Positions 63,008 to 64,000 of a DNA stretch of 64,000 bases are shown one piece after another. Source of the stretch: an uncultured Dehalococcoidales bacterium (lineage in GTDB: Bacteria > Chloroflexota > UBA6077 > FW602-bin22); NCBI GenBank assembly GCA_964536925.1, contig CAZHZF010000008.1:7479-71478 (forward strand), in the 5' to 3' direction. The position numbers were made by a program, and so were the translations under genes. The stretch's first letter is position 1. Each line of letters starts with the position of its first letter. The notes under the pieces were generated by a model, which ran no database searches, had not been told where the DNA came from, and saw only the letters and a program-made list of their open reading frames with translations.

Positions 63008-63913
63008 ATGAGCGTCGATCGCGTGGACACCGCGGCTCGTCTCCTCAGCGATCGACTCCGCTCGGGCAAACGCGCCGTGGCGATCCTCGCCCATCGCGAG
63101 AGCGCGACCGCGGCCGACCTGGAACCGGAAATCCGCACCTGGCTGGTGCAGCGCGGCGTGCGCGTCGCCGACGATGCCGCGCCGGCGGATCTCGGCCTGT
63201 GCCTCTCTCTGGGCGGTGATGGCCTCATGATGCGCGCCGCGCGCCGCTACCCCGACGTGCCCGTGCTGGGCGTGAACTTCGGCAACTTCGGGTTCCTCAC
63301 CGCGGCCGAAGCGGGCGAATGGCGCGAGGCGCTCGGACGCCTGCTCGCCGGGGACTTTCACCTGCGCGTCGGCCCCACGCTGGCCACCACGCTGCGCCGG
63401 GTCGAGTCCGGCCGGGTGGAAGACCTTGGCTGGGCCGTCAACGATGTGGTCGTCCACGGTGAGATGCGCTTCGTCCAGCCGTCGCTCTTCATCGACGGGC
63501 AGTACGTCAACGACTACCCGGGAGATGGCATCATCCTCTCCACACCGGCCGGTTCGACCGCGTACTGTATGGCCGCGGGAGGACCGGTGCTCCTCTCCGG
63601 TGTGGGCGGATTCGCGGTCGTGCCCATCTCCTGTCATTCGCCGATCCGCGTGTCGCTGATCGTGCCTGAGGATGTGGAGGTGGGGATCAAACTCGAGGGG
63701 CGGCACGGCGCCAGCCTGATTCTCGACGGTGAACCGGAACAACAGCGCGCACTGGTTCCCGGCGACATTGTCCTTATGCGCAAGGGTCCCATCGCGTTCC
63801 GCCAGGTCTCCTTCCGCTCGTTCGACTGGTTCAGCGCCTTCCAGTCGAAGTTCAACTATCAGATCCGACGGGCCGGCCGCTCGCCGCTCGTGGGAAGCAG
63901 GGAGCACGCGTGA
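63008..63913 (+). CDS. nadK: NAD+ kinase
   Basis: LSLGGDGLMMRAA (GGDG), NDVVV, STPAGSTAY. Confidence 0.92.
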   Translation: MSVDRVDTAARLLSDRLRSGKRAVAILAHRESATAADLEPEIRTWLVQRGVRVADDAAPADLGLCLSLGGDGLMMRAARRYPDVPVLGVNFGNFGFLTAAEAGEWREALGRLLAGDFHLRVGPTLATTLRRVESGRVEDLGWAVNDVVVHGEMRFVQPSLFIDGQYVNDYPGDGIILSTPAGSTAYCMAAGGPVLLSGVGGFAVVPISCHSPIRVSLIVPEDVEVGIKLEGRHGASLILDGEPEQQRALVPGDIVLMRKGPIAFRQVSFRSFDWFSAFQSKFNYQIRRAGRSPLVGSREHA

Positions 63914-64000
63914 GGTTCGGCTACACGACCTGGAGCATGCAAAGCGTTCCCGCCGAGGTCTCGATTCCCACCCTGGCCGCGATCGGATTCGACTCGGTCG
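63910..64000 (+). CDS. Sugar phosphate isomerase/epimerase-like (xylose isomerase TIM barrel), 3' partial
   Basis: The GTG start overlaps the nadK stop (GTGA). (M)RFGYTTWSMQSVPAEVSIPTLAAIGFDSV resembles the N-terminus of this family. Truncated by the window. Confidence 0.55.
   Translation, partial: MRFGYTTWSMQSVPAEVSIPTLAAIGFDSV

Noticed and set aside
62960-63907. 315-aa minus-strand ORF over nadK.
   Set aside because: It is antisense to nadK, which has the GGDG and other NAD kinase motifs. It is a mirror-frame artefact.

Overview
This is a GC-rich (by eye about two-thirds G+C), very tightly packed bacterial chromosomal segment with about 65 protein genes and 2 tRNAs, almost all housekeeping.

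Gene content, in order:
- Partial trxB-like gene, a radical-SAM gene, and a tatA-like/rhodanese pair.
- hspR-dnaK-dnaJ heat-shock operon, divergent from a membrane protein plus an atypical FtsH paralog.
- tRNA-Ala, DedA, VOC, Gfo/Idh/MocA, an NadD-like gene, an orphan HlyD-type lipoprotein, mutY, ndk, apgM, DUF2085, an SDR and VanW-PASTA.
- A pantothenate/CoA block (panB-panC, coaX-coaBC, prs) with an opposite-strand manC.
- A SelA-family PLP enzyme, RlpA-LysM, and an MFS gene with a NarL-type two-component system.
- A split cytochrome b6/subunit IV-Rieske-dihaem c operon, then SLT, a DapA-family gene, a ROK kinase and thiE-thiL-thiD.
- ABC-F, a PH-like membrane protein plus HD-GYP, purA, metH, lysS, serS, an Excalibur lipoprotein and tRNA-Ser.
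- A MacAB-like efflux trio, MFS, AKR, OsmC, a large PHP/DUF3604-like protein, a beta-lactamase-fold hydrolase, two small ORFs, nadK and a partial TIM-barrel gene.

I saw no mobile elements, integrases, CRISPR arrays or recognisable defence or toxin systems.

Most interesting observations:
1. A rhodanese has its catalytic-cysteine codon replaced by an in-frame TGA, followed 10 nt later by a perfect 17-nt hairpin. It is either a selenocysteine candidate or a fresh pseudogene.
2. Several genes begin at Shine-Dalgarno-preceded CTG codons, so ATG/GTG/TTG ORF calling misses or truncates them. These are a tatA-like ORF, coaX and apgM. Related start-codon anomalies occur in thiL, an MFS gene and DUF2085.
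3. An unannotated 38-codon single-TM ORF is attached to the cytochrome bc operon.
4. Several -10 boxes sit directly against start codons, which suggests leaderless transcripts.

A Chloroflexota/Thermomicrobia-like origin is only a weak guess from gene content. All functional calls rest on motif recognition by eye; no searches were run.
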